Origin: Lama guanicoe
Taxonomy: Eukaryota
Reading direction: 5' to 3'
NCBI GenBank assembly: GCA_013239625.1
Contig: MU054120.1
Coordinates: 186,001-250,000, forward strand
Length of the DNA stretch: 64,000 nt
Shown here: positions 1 to 14,084 of the stretch, in pieces
Position numbering within the stretch: position 1 is the stretch's first letter
Layout: each line of letters starts with the position of its first letter
Program-made: the position numbers and the translations under genes
Notes under the pieces: generated by a model
What the model was told of the DNA's origin: nothing
Database searches by the model: none
What the model saw: only the letters and a program-made list of their open reading frames with translations

Positions 1-689
1 TTTTTCCCCTAGGATAAGTGACATAAATATCTAAACTTGGACTGTCTACATGCTTTCCTACAAGATTGCTCATAATAAGGGTAGGAGGAGACAGGAAATA
101 GTTTTAGAATGGAGAACAGGGCCCAAACACTGGCTCTCTTTGTGCCATAATGTTCCAGCACAGAATCCCCAGAAGTCCAAAAATTCTAACTTTAAGTCTG
201 TTTCTGTAACTTATTGTGATGATATATTTATCAAGGTTAAATGATAGAACTTATTTTTTTATCAGTTTGTTAGCTTGATTGACAATTTTTAAATATCTAG
301 GCTTATGGTACATAAGTGTCTATTTGAACTTTGATGAGAAACCTGCAGATGTTAAGCTCTGGCCCACATCCCCACTTCTTTTAAGCCTTGGGCTCAACCA
401 ACGCCTAGGTCCCTGGGGTAGTGGGGAGACTTGCCTTCCACTCCAAGAACTTGCCAAAGTTTTGTTTTGCATTTTTATTTCAAACAAGGACATTGTGGGC
501 TTACTAAAATTTCAGATACTAGCTTTTAGGTAATAAATTATATTCAGATGAGTTTTAGACAATGACGACTCAAATCTGAAACATGGGCTGTAGAGGTCTG
601 TGCACTTTATTATTTACATAATTTATGATTCTGGCTGCACACCGCTTTCCTCCTGATTCTCACTGCACTGGACATTGCTGGGCATTGCT

Positions 690-1020
690 CAGCCCCTTAA
701 ACGCAGCAAGCTCTTCCCTGCTTCGGGGCCTTTGACAGTCCTGTTATTTCTGTGTGAATTGTTCCTCCTGTCCTTTGACTTAGCCTAGCTAAATCCACTC
801 ATACGCAAGGGCTTAGCTTAAATGCACTCTCCTCTTTTGAGATTAGGTTAAGGCTTCTCCTCATTTCCTTCTCCCTTGCCCCCTTATAGTCTCATTCAAT
901 TTAATCCCACAACTAACTACTGTCTGCTTGTTCCTCTACTAGAGTGAATCCCTGCCTGTTTGTGCATCAGGTTATTTCCAGTGTCTAGAACACTGCCTTC
1001 TGCGTAAAAAGCCTTCAGAC
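690..1020 (+). mobile_element. L2 LINE 3' fragment
   Basis: L2-typical motifs gggcctttg..., cttagcttaaatgcac..., atttccagtgtctagaacactgcct. Confidence 0.6.
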
Positions 1021-1300
1021 TTGCTAGCTGCTCAGTGTTTTGCAAGTTTATATAATAATGAGTATATCCCTGTAGCCTAGTAATGTGTGAAAGGCTGGTG
1101 TGCAGAACGCTTTATCGTGAATTATACATTCCAACTTTGAAATGTCTCCTTAAGTAATTCCATGCAAGCAACAAGAGTTATTATTTAAGGGTTTTAAACT
1201 CTTGGAGCCCTGCAGCAAGTTTGTTCCTTCACTTAAAAACAATTTTGGCTTTCTCTTCCCAAACATTTCAGCACCGTGTGCTAGTGCACTTAAAAAAAAC

Positions 1301-1331
<31 letters not shown>

Positions 1332-1333
1332 AA
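1301..1333 (+). repeat. (GAAA)n microsatellite
   Basis: About 8 consecutive GAAA units. Confidence 0.95.
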
Positions 1334-1821
1334 AACAAAATTCCATTATTTAGAGATACACTGTGGGGCTGCAGACCGAATTTGCCCTTTCTATATTATT
1401 CTTTCACTGACTTTAGCTTGATTTATTGTAGCTCAGTCTAATCCTTTTCTTGTCAGTTCAATGATCCAGTTTTCATAATTTTCATACCAGGTTAAAATAA
1501 AATCACGTCTCCAAGGAGTCTAATGGGCGACTAACACATCATTGGTTAAACTCACTGTCATCAATAGCTCAGGCATGCTTGCCCCATCTTTGGGGAATAA
1601 ATCCTGAGAATAGATGAATTTTTCTTTGAAAAGCATTAGCATCTTGGTTTTTCCATTTGTGTCATTAAAGAAAGGAAAAGACATAACTATACACTGAACT
1701 ACATGTTGAAATGTGGGCATTAGCTATGTATACATGTATGTGTTACCATGTTTACTACCTGTAGCCCAGGGAGTTAAAAAGTATTCTGAGAAGCCCTCTG
1801 AGGTAGAAATAGAATGCACAC

Positions 1822-1843
1822 TATATATATATATATATATATA
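1822..1843. repeat. (TA)n microsatellite
   Basis: About 11 TA units. Confidence 0.95.
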
Positions 1844-1859
1844 TTCATTCCATAGATAT

Positions 1860-2218
1860 ATACGGTTTTTGATCAGGCTCCTATAACAGAGTGCCATAGA
1901 CTAGCTGATTTAAACAATGTTTATTTCTCACAGTTCTGGAAGCTGGAAGTCTGAGATCTGGGTGCCAGGGTGCTAGGTTTTTGGTGAGGTTCCTCCTCCT
2001 GATTCACAGATGTCTGCCTTCCTACTATGTCTTCACAAGGCAGAGAAAGGGAGATCATTGCTCGGTGTCTCTCCTTATAAGAACACTAAGCCCATTAATG
2101 GGGGCTCCAGCCTCATGATCTATTTACCTACTAAGAGCCTCACCTCCAAATACAATCTCATTGTGGGTAAGGACTTTAACATGTGATTTTTGGGGGACAC
2201 AAACATTCAGTCCATAGT
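1860..2218 (-). mobile_element. MLT1A-like MaLR solo LTR
   Basis: Hallmarks tttatttctcacagttctggaagctggaagtctgagatc and gggggacacaaacattcagtccatag (reverse complement of the MLT1A start ctatggactgaatgtttgtgtcccc). Confidence 0.85.
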
Positions 2219-2679
2219 GTGTGTATGTGTAAGTCAATTTCTGTAATCTCATCAACTAGGAACTATTATTATATGAGCAAACTAAGTGAAGAGGTGAAGT
2301 TCCTTGCTCAAGTTCACAAATTATTTTCAGCCAAGGAAAATTTTATCCCAACCATTACTAGTATTACCCCTACCGCTGGGCTCTCAAGCTCTTTGCATGA
2401 CAGTCATTTGAAACAAGGTAGCCTTAAGCACGGATCTTTACCTTGCCACTGGCTAAGAAGGGAAGAGTGTTGTGAACAATTAGCAAAACCTCTGAGTTTG
2501 GGAGGGAGAGTGTTGATACATCAAATATGGTTGCACCTTTTAAAACTAAATTGTCCCCTTATCTTTGCATCTTCTTTATGCAACAAGAGCTCGAGTTCCC
2601 ATTGAGACATGAAGAATAGGGAGAAAGTAGCTTAGTTGGGTTAGGGAGAAAGAGTTATTCTTTCAAAATATTGCTTAAC

Positions 2680-2890
2680 ATTTACTATATAGGCAATACT
2701 GGACTAGTTGTTTTCATAAATGTTGTTGCATTCATACTGAATAAGTGTTATTATTAATATTTTTAAATGAAAAACCAAACTGATGTTCAGATGGTGTAGG
2801 TGACTTCCAAGATCATACATCTAGAAAGTGGTACAGAAGGCATAAGGGTATAAATCCTCATACTCTAAAATCATTGTCCTTTTCATTACA
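2680..2890 (-). mobile_element. MIR SINE fragment
   Basis: Core motif aaactgatgttcagatggtgtaggtgacttccaagatcatacatctagaaagtgg. Confidence 0.6.
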
Positions 2891-3559
2891 CAGTGGCTGT
2901 CTATGGTGGTTAACTATAAGTCTGAACACACAGGGAAATTTGAAAATTTTAATCAGGGGAATACAGTTACCAAAAAATATAAATTCAGTACAACTATTAG
3001 CCCCACAAAATATTTTCTAAAGAGTGTAACATTTTAATCCCTTAATGTCTCTAAGCCTGAATCTAAAATAGAAAACCCTTTAATTTATTCTTGGTCATTA
3101 AACACACACTAATTGTGAGCCTTGTATGTGACAGACATCCTGCAGGATTCTGGAGATTAATTCATTTTAAAGGCATTAGACACTTCCTGCTGTCAGAGTT
3201 TGTAGTCTATTAGTTAACTGTCACTCATTCAAAAAGATTTTGTACTCCTCCTATGTGTCCGACACAGTGTAGATAAAATGGCCAAAAAGATAAATGTGAT
3301 CCTTGTCCTCTGGATTATATTCTAATAGAGAAGACAAATTCTAAAATTAGTTAATAGATTGTAATTGCAATAAAATAACTCACGTGGGAATTTTTAAAGG
3401 ATATATGCTTGATTCTGAGAAAGAGAATAATTAATCTCTAAGACTGTGATCAGGAACAGTTTCTGTAAAGAGAAAATCTGTTTTAATAACAGGTAAATGG
3501 AAAGAGCTAACTATGGAAAGAGCATTCCAGGAAGAGGGAGCACTTGTTGAGTGCCTCCT

Positions 3560-4190
3560 ATGTGACAGGCTGAACTTGGCCTTGCCCCAGAGATGTCTGG
3601 CCTTGTCCCAGACTCTTAGAAGGCAACCTCCAAACTCTTGGAATCTCCCGAGTGATGGGTGTCTTTGCACTCGTGGTGGGCCCCTTGGATCACTCCTGAT
3701 AACTTGTAGAAACTAGATGACATGTAGTGGGTCCCGTGGACCACGTCACATCAGCCTTGAGTCTGGAAAGGAGGAGCTGGAGAGTTAGTTCAATCATGTG
3801 GGAAATCAACCAAACATTCACGTCCACAAAATTAAAGCGCAGCAAAGTCTCTGAACACTTAAGCTGGGGGATGTCCCTGGTCGGCAGTCCTCTGTGTGTC
3901 TCATCACATGTCGGTGCTGAGAGGGTGACACATCCTGACAACAGTGGAAAATTCACCCAGAATCTACCCTACATGCTTCCTGTTTGTACTGCTTTTAATT
4001 TGTATCCCTTCCTGAAAGTAAACCTTAACTGTGAGTACAACAGCTTGCAGTGACTCCTGTGAGTCTTTCTACCAAATTTTCAAACCCGAGAGTGACTTTG
4101 GGAAACATCTGAAATTACAGTTGGTGTCAGAAGTGGGAGTGGTCTGGTGTGGACTCCTCCCTCTGACTTTGTAGTTGGAATCTCACCTCT
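3560..4190 (+). mobile_element. MER21/MER77-like ERV solo LTR
   Basis: Starts TGTGA. Family-typical segments cttggaatctcccgagtgat, taactgtgagtacaacagc...ctgtgagtctttct and cagttggtgtcagaagtg. Confidence 0.65.
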
Positions 4191-5924
4191 TGTGGGTGTT
4201 ATCAGAAGCTGGGGGCAGACTTGAAACTCTTGGTGACTGTGTCCTCAAACTTTTTAGTTTTGTGAGCTCTATGTATAGACACTATGGCAAAAGAGGAAAA
4301 AGGGGAACTTAGCTGCGGTTTCCAAATGTCTCTCAGTAGCAAAATGTTCACCAAGAAGCAGCAAAAAAACAAAAACAAAAAACAAGGAAGGCTTAAGGAG
4401 TGCTGTTCTGTTTTGTTTTGTTTTGTTTTTAACGACACCCGCTCTGACAACATTTGTACACAGCTGAGCGTGATCACTTACAGCAGTTGTGACGAGTGTG
4501 GTAGCTTTTCCTTCTCCGGGTTTGATTCTTCAGGCGCCTCAATTTTTTTGTTTTTTCATTTTTTAGCACGAACTTGTTCTTTCTGGGTAGAATAAGGTCA
4601 AAAGATTAGAGAGAAAGGGAAGGAGGAAATACAGACTCAGAAAAGAAAAAGAGATCTTGACTTTATGGCCTGTCTTCCTATGATCAAACCTTTCACATAG
4701 ACCAGGAGGAGGGAAAATGAAGGGGACAGACACAGCCTGCCATTCACTGGTGTCTAATAAAAAGCCTATGATCAAATCACAGCCTTAGACAGTACAACTT
4801 GTACGAGCTTTTATTATCTATAATTCGCTGCAATATGCTTTGAATTAATAGTGGAATATATTAGTATAAAAGTTAACGTGCATCGACTCTCTAGGGTAAT
4901 TGTTAACACCTGAAGTATCCTAATCAGGAGTCCACATAGCAAATGACATTAAATTAGCATTTGGAAAACTTAAAATCACCCTTCTATAGTCCATAAGTAA
5001 CTATGGACAAATTTCAAATATTGATATTTAAACTTGTAGTAGAAGATTTATTAATTAGCATAAGTAATTCTAGAAGTAATTTTTAATAATTGAAATAATG
5101 TTAAAGATAAATGGGTAGAAATATTATACAGCTGAACCCTTTTTTTTACAAATGGGATATAATAATCTGAAGAACCCAGAAGCCTGTTATCTTCAGAGTA
5201 AATCTTTAAGTCTAGAAATATTTTCTAAAAGGGTATTCTGCTTCCAGAGTTTAGCAAATCCTGAAATCAGTTTATTATTGCCTTATTGCTTTATACTAAA
5301 CTCTTTATACAAAATATATGACTGCCTAAAAAAAACAGAGAGTTGAGATGACACCAACTGAACGAAAGTTTATAAAGCTATAATGTAACTACACAGGTAC
5401 ATACATACATACACATCATATGTATGTACATGTTTGTATATGTAATTCATACATATATTTTAGAGTAAAAAAAGTTATGTATATAACTGGATTCAGTCTG
5501 AGAAAATTTGCTTGAAAACACCCAGGTAATACAATTCTGGGGAAGAAACCAAACGCTCCAGCCCTCTACATTTGTAGAAGCAATTGCTGTTAATCAAAAT
5601 AGCCTAAACAGCCAACCTGAATTAAGCTGTCTTGCAACAACGTGAAAGGGAAATTTTCACGATTTATCTCTAATTTGTTTGATCTTATTCATGAATTTCT
5701 ACCAGTTCACTAACAAGAAATAAAACTGAAATTAAACACATGGTGTTGACTTTGCACCTTTATATCAAAGATCTGTTTACCAAATAATCACCGTGTTGAT
5801 ACGTGTCATTTGTTAGTAATTGCTTCTCAGGAGTTTGCCTATCTGCTTTGATAATTTCAACACATTTTTTTCTTATTTTGTTCATCTTGGCCTTTAGCAA
5901 ACAAAATTATTTAATTAAAAAAAT

Positions 5925-6139
5925 GCGAGCTCTAGAGTTAGTTTGAATTGTTCTGAACTTCGGCTCCACTTACCAAATGTTATAAAAATCTCCCTGAGCT
6001 TCAGTCTTTTCACCTGTAAAATGTTCAAAATAATCTTGCCCAATTCATGGAGCTGTTGAGAGGATTAAATGAGATAGTCCACATAAGATCAGAGCATGGA
6101 TCCTAGAACATCATATGTACTCAATAGACATTAATTATT
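5925..6139 (+). mobile_element. MIR SINE
   Basis: ctgagcttcagtcttttcacctgtaaaatg...gttgagaggattaaatgagata...gtactcaata. Confidence 0.8.
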
Positions 6140-6479
6140 GGGGGAAAGTGGGTCGTTATTTGGGAATAAGGATGCAAATTTAAAACAAAAAATGAAAGTG
6201 AAATTTTTAGACCAATTAGTTAATCTCTAATTAAAAACATACAAACAACCCGTCTAGGCAATTTGTCAACTTCATAACACTAGATAAAACGTTCTTTCCC
6301 CTAGATTTCCTATCCTTCCTTATGTTTCTTTCCAAGACGGTGGCTGAGTACATGGAGGGAGGGAAGATTCTTGAAAAAGGGAAGATGGGATCTAGAAACC
6401 TACGGAGTGTCTTATGGATCATTCAGGCCAGACTCTTTTGGCAAACTTGAACCAAACTTCTCTTGTGAGATGCACACTT

Positions 6480-7420
6480 GTATACCAAACTTCATTCTTT
6501 GACATCTGCACTGGGATGTCTCATAAATGCTTTCAAGCAACATAGACCAAAGAGAATGTTTTTTTCCTTATATCTAAACCCACTCCTAATCCAGCCCTCC
6601 TCATCCACTTCTTCCTTGACACCCATTCATTGTTATGACCCCAAATCTGAGATTTGTCTTCTGCTTCTTTTTTGTCACACTTCACACTGCTAAATCCAGT
6701 TGGCTTTTGTATAATATACCCCTGGCCCATTCTTTTATTTCTATTTCTACTTCCACTACTGTATTCCAGCCCCCCATCTCTCAACCTCACCTTCTATAAT
6801 AGCTTTATCACCATTTTGCGCACTTCCACTCTTACAACTCATAATGTTTTCCACACAGCATTTTGAGTGGTCTCTTAAAAGCTAAATCTTGTCACTACCG
6901 TGCTTAAAGCCCTTCAATGGCTTCCCATCACATTTAGATTATACTCACATTAGTTAATACAGCTTTTAAAATAGAATTTTATTTGGCTTCTGGCTACTTT
7001 CCCAACTCAGGTAGTATCACTCTTCTGTGGTCCTAACTCACTGACCTTCTTCTGATTCCTTGAGTACATTAAGGTGATTTTCATCCTAGACCTCTCAATT
7101 TGCTATCACTTTTCATTTGAAATTCACATGCCCTTGACACTCAAAATATCTGTCTTTTTCTTATTATGCAGATACCCAAAGAATCAGCTTAAATGTTACC
7201 TCCCCTCAGTACCTAATCTAAAAAAAACACATTGGACACTTTGTCAACTCACATATGAAGTTTTCTTATTATTTGTTAATTCATCCATCCCATTAATTTA
7301 TTTTCTCTCTTCTCACCCCAGCTGTAATTTAAGCTACTTTAGAAAAGAAACATACAGCATATCTCTTGAAACAGTATATATATTTTTTGTCAGTTGAATT
7401 ATGTAATTAAATAAATGATT
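6480..7420 (+). mobile_element. L2 LINE 3' region
   Basis: gacatctgcactgggatgtc, cttaaagcccttcaatggcttcccat, cagcttaaatgttacctcc. Confidence 0.7.
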
Positions 7421-8069
7421 GGATTTGTTTAAAAAAAAATGAATTGACTGAATCAGTGCTGCACACACCTGGAGCAACATGCTCCCAGGACTGACAATCA
7501 CTATGTCTAGTCTCCTCTGGCTAGTGGTGCTGGTGCTCATTCCTAGATTCAGTTTCCACCTGTGGTTGCCTTTAATTCCCAAATCCAGATCTTTGTGCAG
7601 TCTTATCAAGTTAGCTTTTAAGTCCCCGCAGAATCACACCTTAATACTCATATATATAGACAATTTCCATGTATGGTCCTCTACCATCAGCCCACGCTGT
7701 ATTAGAAATGGGCTATATGAAGTTTTCTCCCAAGAGGTCTGTAACTTCTCATAAATAAGCTTGGAAAAGTGCGCCACTAGTAGCAGCATTCTGGGACACC
7801 CTCATATCTACCTGAATATTTCTGGGAAGTGTTGTCTTTATTCTTTCCTCCCAAATGGTCAGCCTCTAAAAAGGGAGGAGAGGAGGAGAGGAGGATAAAG
7901 GAGGACTCTAGTATCTTACCTGTTTCATCTCCTCAACTACTTCCCTGTTCCTTTCTTCCAAAAAGTCTCAGAATCAGAAGAATGGAATTTCTTCCAGTCA
8001 TCAGAGAGGACACACTTTGTGTTACAGAAATCCCTGTATTCTATATGTGCCTGACTATATCCTTGTGGT

Positions 8070-8390
8070 ATAATTTCACATGTTCCTCTGTCCCCACATA
8101 TTTCTATTAACTGGTAGTTACATCTAGGGGCTTAATTTAATCCTGGTTTTGCTGCTTTCATTTTTATGAGGGTTGTTTTTTCTTGTTTTTTTTTTCCCCA
8201 TCATGTCAGGAAGTACATAATGTGAGTTTTTTTTCCTTCTTTTGGTGATGTTAGCATGGTTCTGAGCATTTAGGCTAATAAGGGCTAAATTTTTAGCCCA
8301 AATCTTCCATTAAAAAGTTCTACATCAGTCTTTCTCCTCATGTTTTAGTATCCATTGACGATCATAAGCCATCTCCATTATTTCATTAGG
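8070..8390 (-). mobile_element. Old L1 (L1MC4/5-like) 3' UTR fragment
   Basis: ctggtagttacatctaggggcttaa...catgtcaggaagtacataatgt...ggtgatgttag...tccattatttcattagg. Confidence 0.5.
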
Positions 8391-9048
8391 TAAAAGTCTT
8401 ATTTATTAAGTGCCAAAGGTCAGTCTACATTGACTTACTTGAAGGGAATTTTTAGGTGGGTTTTTAAGGACTGTGTATGCAGGCAAGCACTGCAGTGTTT
8501 AATTAATAGCCAACCTCCCAGCCCTCGCCTAATGGAATTTTATTCTTTGTTACTGTAATGGAGTTTGAGTTACTTTTTAATGACCTTACCCGATCGACTC
8601 TTCCCATTGGAGAGTACCAATCCTTGCTGTACATTATTTCTTCTGCATGTATAATGCAATTTGTGTTTTGAAAGCATTTTATATTTTGCCTTTCATTATC
8701 TACCTATTACTTTGTAATTCTGCTTTCACACAGGCAAAGCATGCAGCCAGATAAATGAACAAATCAGAAAGTAGCCCACACTTCAGTTGAAGAAAACACA
8801 AAAATTCAAGTGAAAGCAAGCTTATTGAATAATTGCAACTAGTCATAATCTACAAAAAAATGAAATGTATCAATATGATGAAGGTGAAGTCGAGGATAGA
8901 TAGGGTAGTCAGTCACAGACGCTTCCTCTGAAGGGGGGGTACAGTTGAGCTGAAATCTAAATTGAGGAGTAGGCACACGAAGAGCATCAGAAGAGCTTCT
9001 CAGATAGAGACAAGAACCATTGCAAAGAACCTAAGAAAGAATGGGTTT

Positions 9049-9186
9049 AGCCAACTCTTGGAAACAACCCAAGGGTCCAAGTGTTCATATCTTGTAATAA
9101 ACTATAATGGAAAATAATCTGAAAAAAAATCACTTTACTGTACACCCGAAACTAACACAATATTGTAATTCAATTTAAAAAAAAAA
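9049..9186 (+). mobile_element. Short artiodactyl-type L1 3' piece with poly(A)
   Basis: tatcttgtaataaactataatggaaaataatctgaaaaa...tcactttactgtacacccgaaactaacacaatattgtaa followed by an A-tail. Confidence 0.8.
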
Positions 9187-9244
9187 GAATGATTTTTGTT
9201 TCTTTGAAAACATGGGAAAAGATCAGTGAGGCTATAGTATTCTT

Positions 9245-9503
9245 TGCTTTTGTTTTTTTATTTATTTATCTTTTTAATTATATATTTTTATTGAAGTATA
9301 ATCAGTTTACAATGTTGTGTCAATTTCTGGTGTATAGGACAATGCTTCAGTCATATAGGAACATACATATATTTGTTTTCATATTCTCTTTCACCATAAG
9401 TTACTGCAGGATATTGAATCTAGTTCCCTGTGCTGTACAGTATGAACTGGTTGTTTATCTACTTTATATATAGTAGTTATTATCTGCAAATCTCAAATTC
9501 CCA
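9245..9503 (-). mobile_element. Camelid-type L1 3' end with TSD
   Basis: ttgaagtataatcagtttacaatgttgtgtcaatttctggtgta...gttccctgtgctgtacagta...tctgcaaatctcaaattccc. Flanked by gctatagtattctt (9231-9244) and ggtatggtattctt (9504-9517). Confidence 0.88.
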
Positions 9504-11214
9504 GGTATGGTATTCTTAATGAGAGTAGAATTGTATAAAATGTCATTAGTGGTCACATTATATAGGTCTTTCAGTGGAGGCCATGATAAAGAATTTGAAC
9601 TTTATTTGAACCATCCAGAAAATTAATCGTGAGGATTGACGATGGTGGACATGTGGTCTTATTTACATTGTTAAAAGACCAGGAATGGTGATAGGTACAG
9701 AAAGGATCTGGGAGAACTGAAGGGCAAGAGGAGAATTAGAAGGACCAAAGGAGAAGATAATTGCATTCTTCCTGGGAAGAGATGGTGGGTTTCTGAGAGA
9801 CTAGATGGAGCCAGTGCCGAGGAAGATACTACTTTAGAAAACAGTAATACCATTTTTGCTTGAAAACAGGACTGGAGAGTAAATAGAAGTGAAAGTCGTA
9901 TTTGTTGTAACATTAATTTCAAAGGATGGCGTTAATATCCTGATAGAAAAGAAAGATTTATGTTTAGATAAATGTCACAACTCTCAGGTTAAACAACCCT
10001 AAATATACAATTTTAATGGTAAGATATTACATGCTTTTCCTGCAGGACTGCCTGGGGACTTTATTTTGCTTATGTGTGTTATGACTTTGAATGGGGTGGA
10101 GGTTGGTTATATTTTTTTTTCTAAACTTTCTAAAATTCTTTGATGATGAACACAATTTCAAAGACTCTACATTTTCAAGGATCACACTTTGGGAAATACT
10201 GAGATACGCTGTCTCTCAGGATTTCCTTTCCTCAAGATTATGTTAATGCAATTTGTTTAATAAGTGAATTAAATGTGGGTGTTGAAGGCAGAATGTAGTC
10301 AAGATTTGTGGATATGATCATTAAGAAAGAAGAAGTTATGACTCTTTTCCTCAAGGAACTTGAAATCCAGTTACTTCGGTCACTTCAAAATTATCCACCC
10401 CAAATCCCCCCAGGGCTACTTTTCATCCATCCCAGTGGCCTGGTGCTCTTACACTCTCTGAATAAAAAGTAGGCGGCAACTAATTATTTTAACAAAATTC
10501 CAAGGGCCTAGGGTACAAACCAAACTTCTCAAATAGCAACATTCCCAGACAGATCATGTCTGCTGCAGACATTCCTCACCAACAGCTTTACAGTTAAGGA
10601 AGTGACTTTATGAGACCTTTTCAAGCCTAAAGTGTGAGATGTGGGGAAAAATAAAGCTTAAGAAAATCAAAACTTCATTTTTACACACTGGCCTGTAGTC
10701 AGAAGACAGAGGCTTCAATCTCCAAGTCAGACTTAAAACCGGAATCTCCAATGTCACCTCCCCTTTTCAATGAGCAGAACTGAGGTAACAGACAGACAAA
10801 CAGCTCCCATTTACTTAAACACTTTGATTCTTCTTGTCTCTGTGCTCAGCTCAGCATTCAGATGCCATGGGACACACCACCACTAACAAGTTCTTCTATC
10901 CTCGTCCATCTTCAAAGGACATACCTGTTTTTTCCTCTGAGAGAAAATTCACACCGTGAATTTTCTGGAAAAAATGAATCACCGTGAAACATTCCAGAAA
11001 TGGCAGGGAAACTGGAGTATTAGGACAGATTATAAACTTACAAAATCCGCCTGGAGCATGCCCTCTAGTTATAAACTGATGCTCAGGAGGGCTGCTGAGC
11101 AATAACAAGCTCTTGAGTGTTAATGGTTGCTGCAGCCGAATACACAGGGGGCCAGAGAAGGAGGTATACCCATGGGGGCGGAGGCATCCGTAGGATAATC
11201 CATTCAGCTATTCC

Positions 11215-11370
11215 AGACATCCTCCAAGTGTGATCCTGGACCAGGAGCATCAGCACCACCCAGGAGCATGTCAGAAGGGCCAATTCTCACTCCCAGCCAC
11301 CACCCCACCACTGCAGACCGACTGAATGAGAGACTATGAGTGGAGCCCAGGGATCTGCACTCTCAAATCT
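11215..11370. mobile_element. MER5A-like hAT MITE
   Basis: aagtgtgatcctggaccaggagcatcagcaccacccaggagcatgtcagaa...cagaccgactgaatgagagact...gagcccagggatctgc. Confidence 0.75.
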
Positions 11371-14084
11371 GGGAATGACTGATCTGTCCAAATCATTGCA
11401 ACAATTTACACGGTGATGTAGTCTCTTCTCAGGAAATCCGCCCATAAAAAATTCCTGTACCATTTCATACGCCTTGTGTGCATATGGCAAATAGCCTAAT
11501 CCTGTGGAGAAAATGAAAGAACATTAACGAAAGGCAGCCAGAAAAAAGGCACTGGCCTCCGTTGTCAAGCTAAGGTATGGATGCAAACAGTGATGTGCTG
11601 AGCAAAGGCCACTGATTAGCAGAGCTGGCCACCACTGCACACAGCTGCGGGTCAGAAGCATCATCTTCACTGGCAAAGAGCTACGCAAATAATTTCTTAA
11701 TTAAAATGCCTGTTGTGTACCTAAACAAAATCAACCGCTAGTATTTAACTTCTCGTTATGAAAAGTCCTATCTACTATGAAATATGGAAAAATACAGCAA
11801 ATCAAAATCTGAGCCATTTTTCAACAAAGAACTGTAATAAGACACCGTGGGAGGCTTGCCGGTGATAGAAGGGGTATTTCGTGAGGGCCTGCTGTGGAAG
11901 ATTTATGTTTTAAAAATCCAAGTACATGAGTTAGGGCTTGTTTAGCTGCCATGGTAAATCCATTAGGAGTATGCTGAATAGCAGCCAGAGAGAGAGAATT
12001 GTGACAAAATAACCAACTCAAGCAAAACACATTTAGGTTTAGAACTCTGAAATGTTTACCCCACCCCCAAACATTCCCTGCCGTCAGCGATGGCTGCGGC
12101 TCCCAGCTCCATCATCAGGCGGTTCTGCTCCTGCTCAGCTCAACCCAGAAGAGGCCCCAGCCAAGCTTATCGGGTCCCATCAGCAGCTGCTTGCTTATCT
12201 GACCAGAACAGCTTCGCGGGGCAAAGTTCCTCTCCCTGCGATAAGCAATCCCTCCCACTGTGGGAAACAAATTGGCTCCGGGAAAGTAGTGTGTGCAGAG
12301 CAAGATTATAAGGAAAATAGAGAGAGAAGCCGGAGTGGGTCACGGTAGGAAAAAAAGGATAAAGATGGAAGGAGAAATCATTAGGATGAGTAATTAGAGA
12401 GGTAAAGCAGACGGTGCAAAGGGGAAAACAAAATTACTATAACTCAAACTTGGAAAGATGAGACAGCATTTAAATATTTGCAAGCCAAGTGTCTCTCCTG
12501 CAAACACCCAAAACAGAATGGAAAGTATCTACTCTGTATCCACACAGTAGCTCCCCGTGTAGGAAAATTTCCCCAGCTAATACAATACCAACGATCTCTT
12601 TGTATTGGTTTGGATCAGTCTTTTAAAATTTCTTTTAATAAAAGTGTAACAAATCAGACCTGGAATTAAGGATATTTTAGAGGTGTAGCCCAATTTGGAG
12701 AGTTAATAATTAAGCCATGTGTCATAGGAAAAATTCAGCTGTAACTGACACCTGATTTATTTCTCTAAAGTCGCTAGAGTTGAATGTGTTTATCTTCCAA
12801 TATCTGTTTTTCAGTGAAGAATAAGGTGACCCATATAGCTGACTCTTATAGCTCTAGGGAGCCTTCCTCATTCATCTTTGTGATCCATACACTGGATCCC
12901 AGTTCCTCACTTTCATTGGCTGCAGAGATAGCGCTGCACTCAGATGAGTTCATCAGGATTGAGTTGGGGGTGGGGGGATCACACTTCTGTTCTAAAAATT
13001 ATTTCCAAATTTCCACTTATTTTTAAAAAGAGGTCACCAAACACGCATTTAAATGATTTTAAAGAGTACAATAATGGTAAACTTTTTAAGTGCTAATTCA
13101 CACTAATTATAATGAATCTTCTCCAGTGTCAGGAAAATCTATTGAATGGTTATTTTCAAAAAGAAGCATCTGCCTCATTATGACCTTTGTTTTATTTTAC
13201 TATAAATATTAGGGTTTAATAAATATCTTATCATAACCTTATTTTTTGATCATAAATACTTAAATTATATGAGGCCAAGACTCATAATCATGATTAATTC
13301 TAACTAAAAGGAAAAAAATTTTGAAGCTTTCTACTTAGCATATGTTAATTGCATTATCTTTGTTATCCACAAGTGCTCTGTATATGAAAATATATTCTTC
13401 TCATGCCATAAGCTGATAGTAACATTATAAAAGAAGGCAAATTTTCTTAAATAAAAGTGAATATATTGTGTTTTGAAACATAAAATTAATTTAGAATCAC
13501 CAGATAGGGAGACAGATATGCAAATAGCTACTTTTACCCTTTTTTCTCACCCATTTTAGCATGCAAAAGCACATGCAGAAGTTTAACTATTTGAATGGTT
13601 TTCCATACACATAATCATTATAATCCGTAAGAGTCAAAAATGATGCAGTTTTCTACTGAATGCAATTTATATCTCAACTACCCTCAATAAAAAATAATAA
13701 TTTGTCATATTTGTTTAAAAAAAATCTCCAGGGGAAGAAATCCATTATCATCCCGTGACTTACAGTGATGGAAAACTGAATAACCAGGTTTTGGTCAATA
13801 AATTTTTCAATACCGCTTTCCACCAAAGAACAAAACAGAACAAAAAGTGCTTTTATATTTCCTATGGCTCTTGCCAACTTAAAAATGTTTCAATTCAGCA
13901 AACTTGGAATGCCTACTATGTGCCAGTAATATTAAGATAAAATAGGCATCTTGATTGATGCCCTTGAGTAAAACACAAAAGATCTGAAGTATTGATGTAA
14001 ATATTCTGCTCCATTATCTTTTGGATTGTAACCAGTTCATCCATCCATTCACTCATTCATTCATTATTCATTCATATTTATTTT

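Larger units (their letters stand above)
8890..9830 (-). mobile_element. L2 fragment interrupted by two L1 insertions
   Basis: cttcctctgaagg...ttgagctgaaatctaa...tgcaaagaacctaag, resuming with ggccatgataaagaatttgaactttat. Confidence 0.6.
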
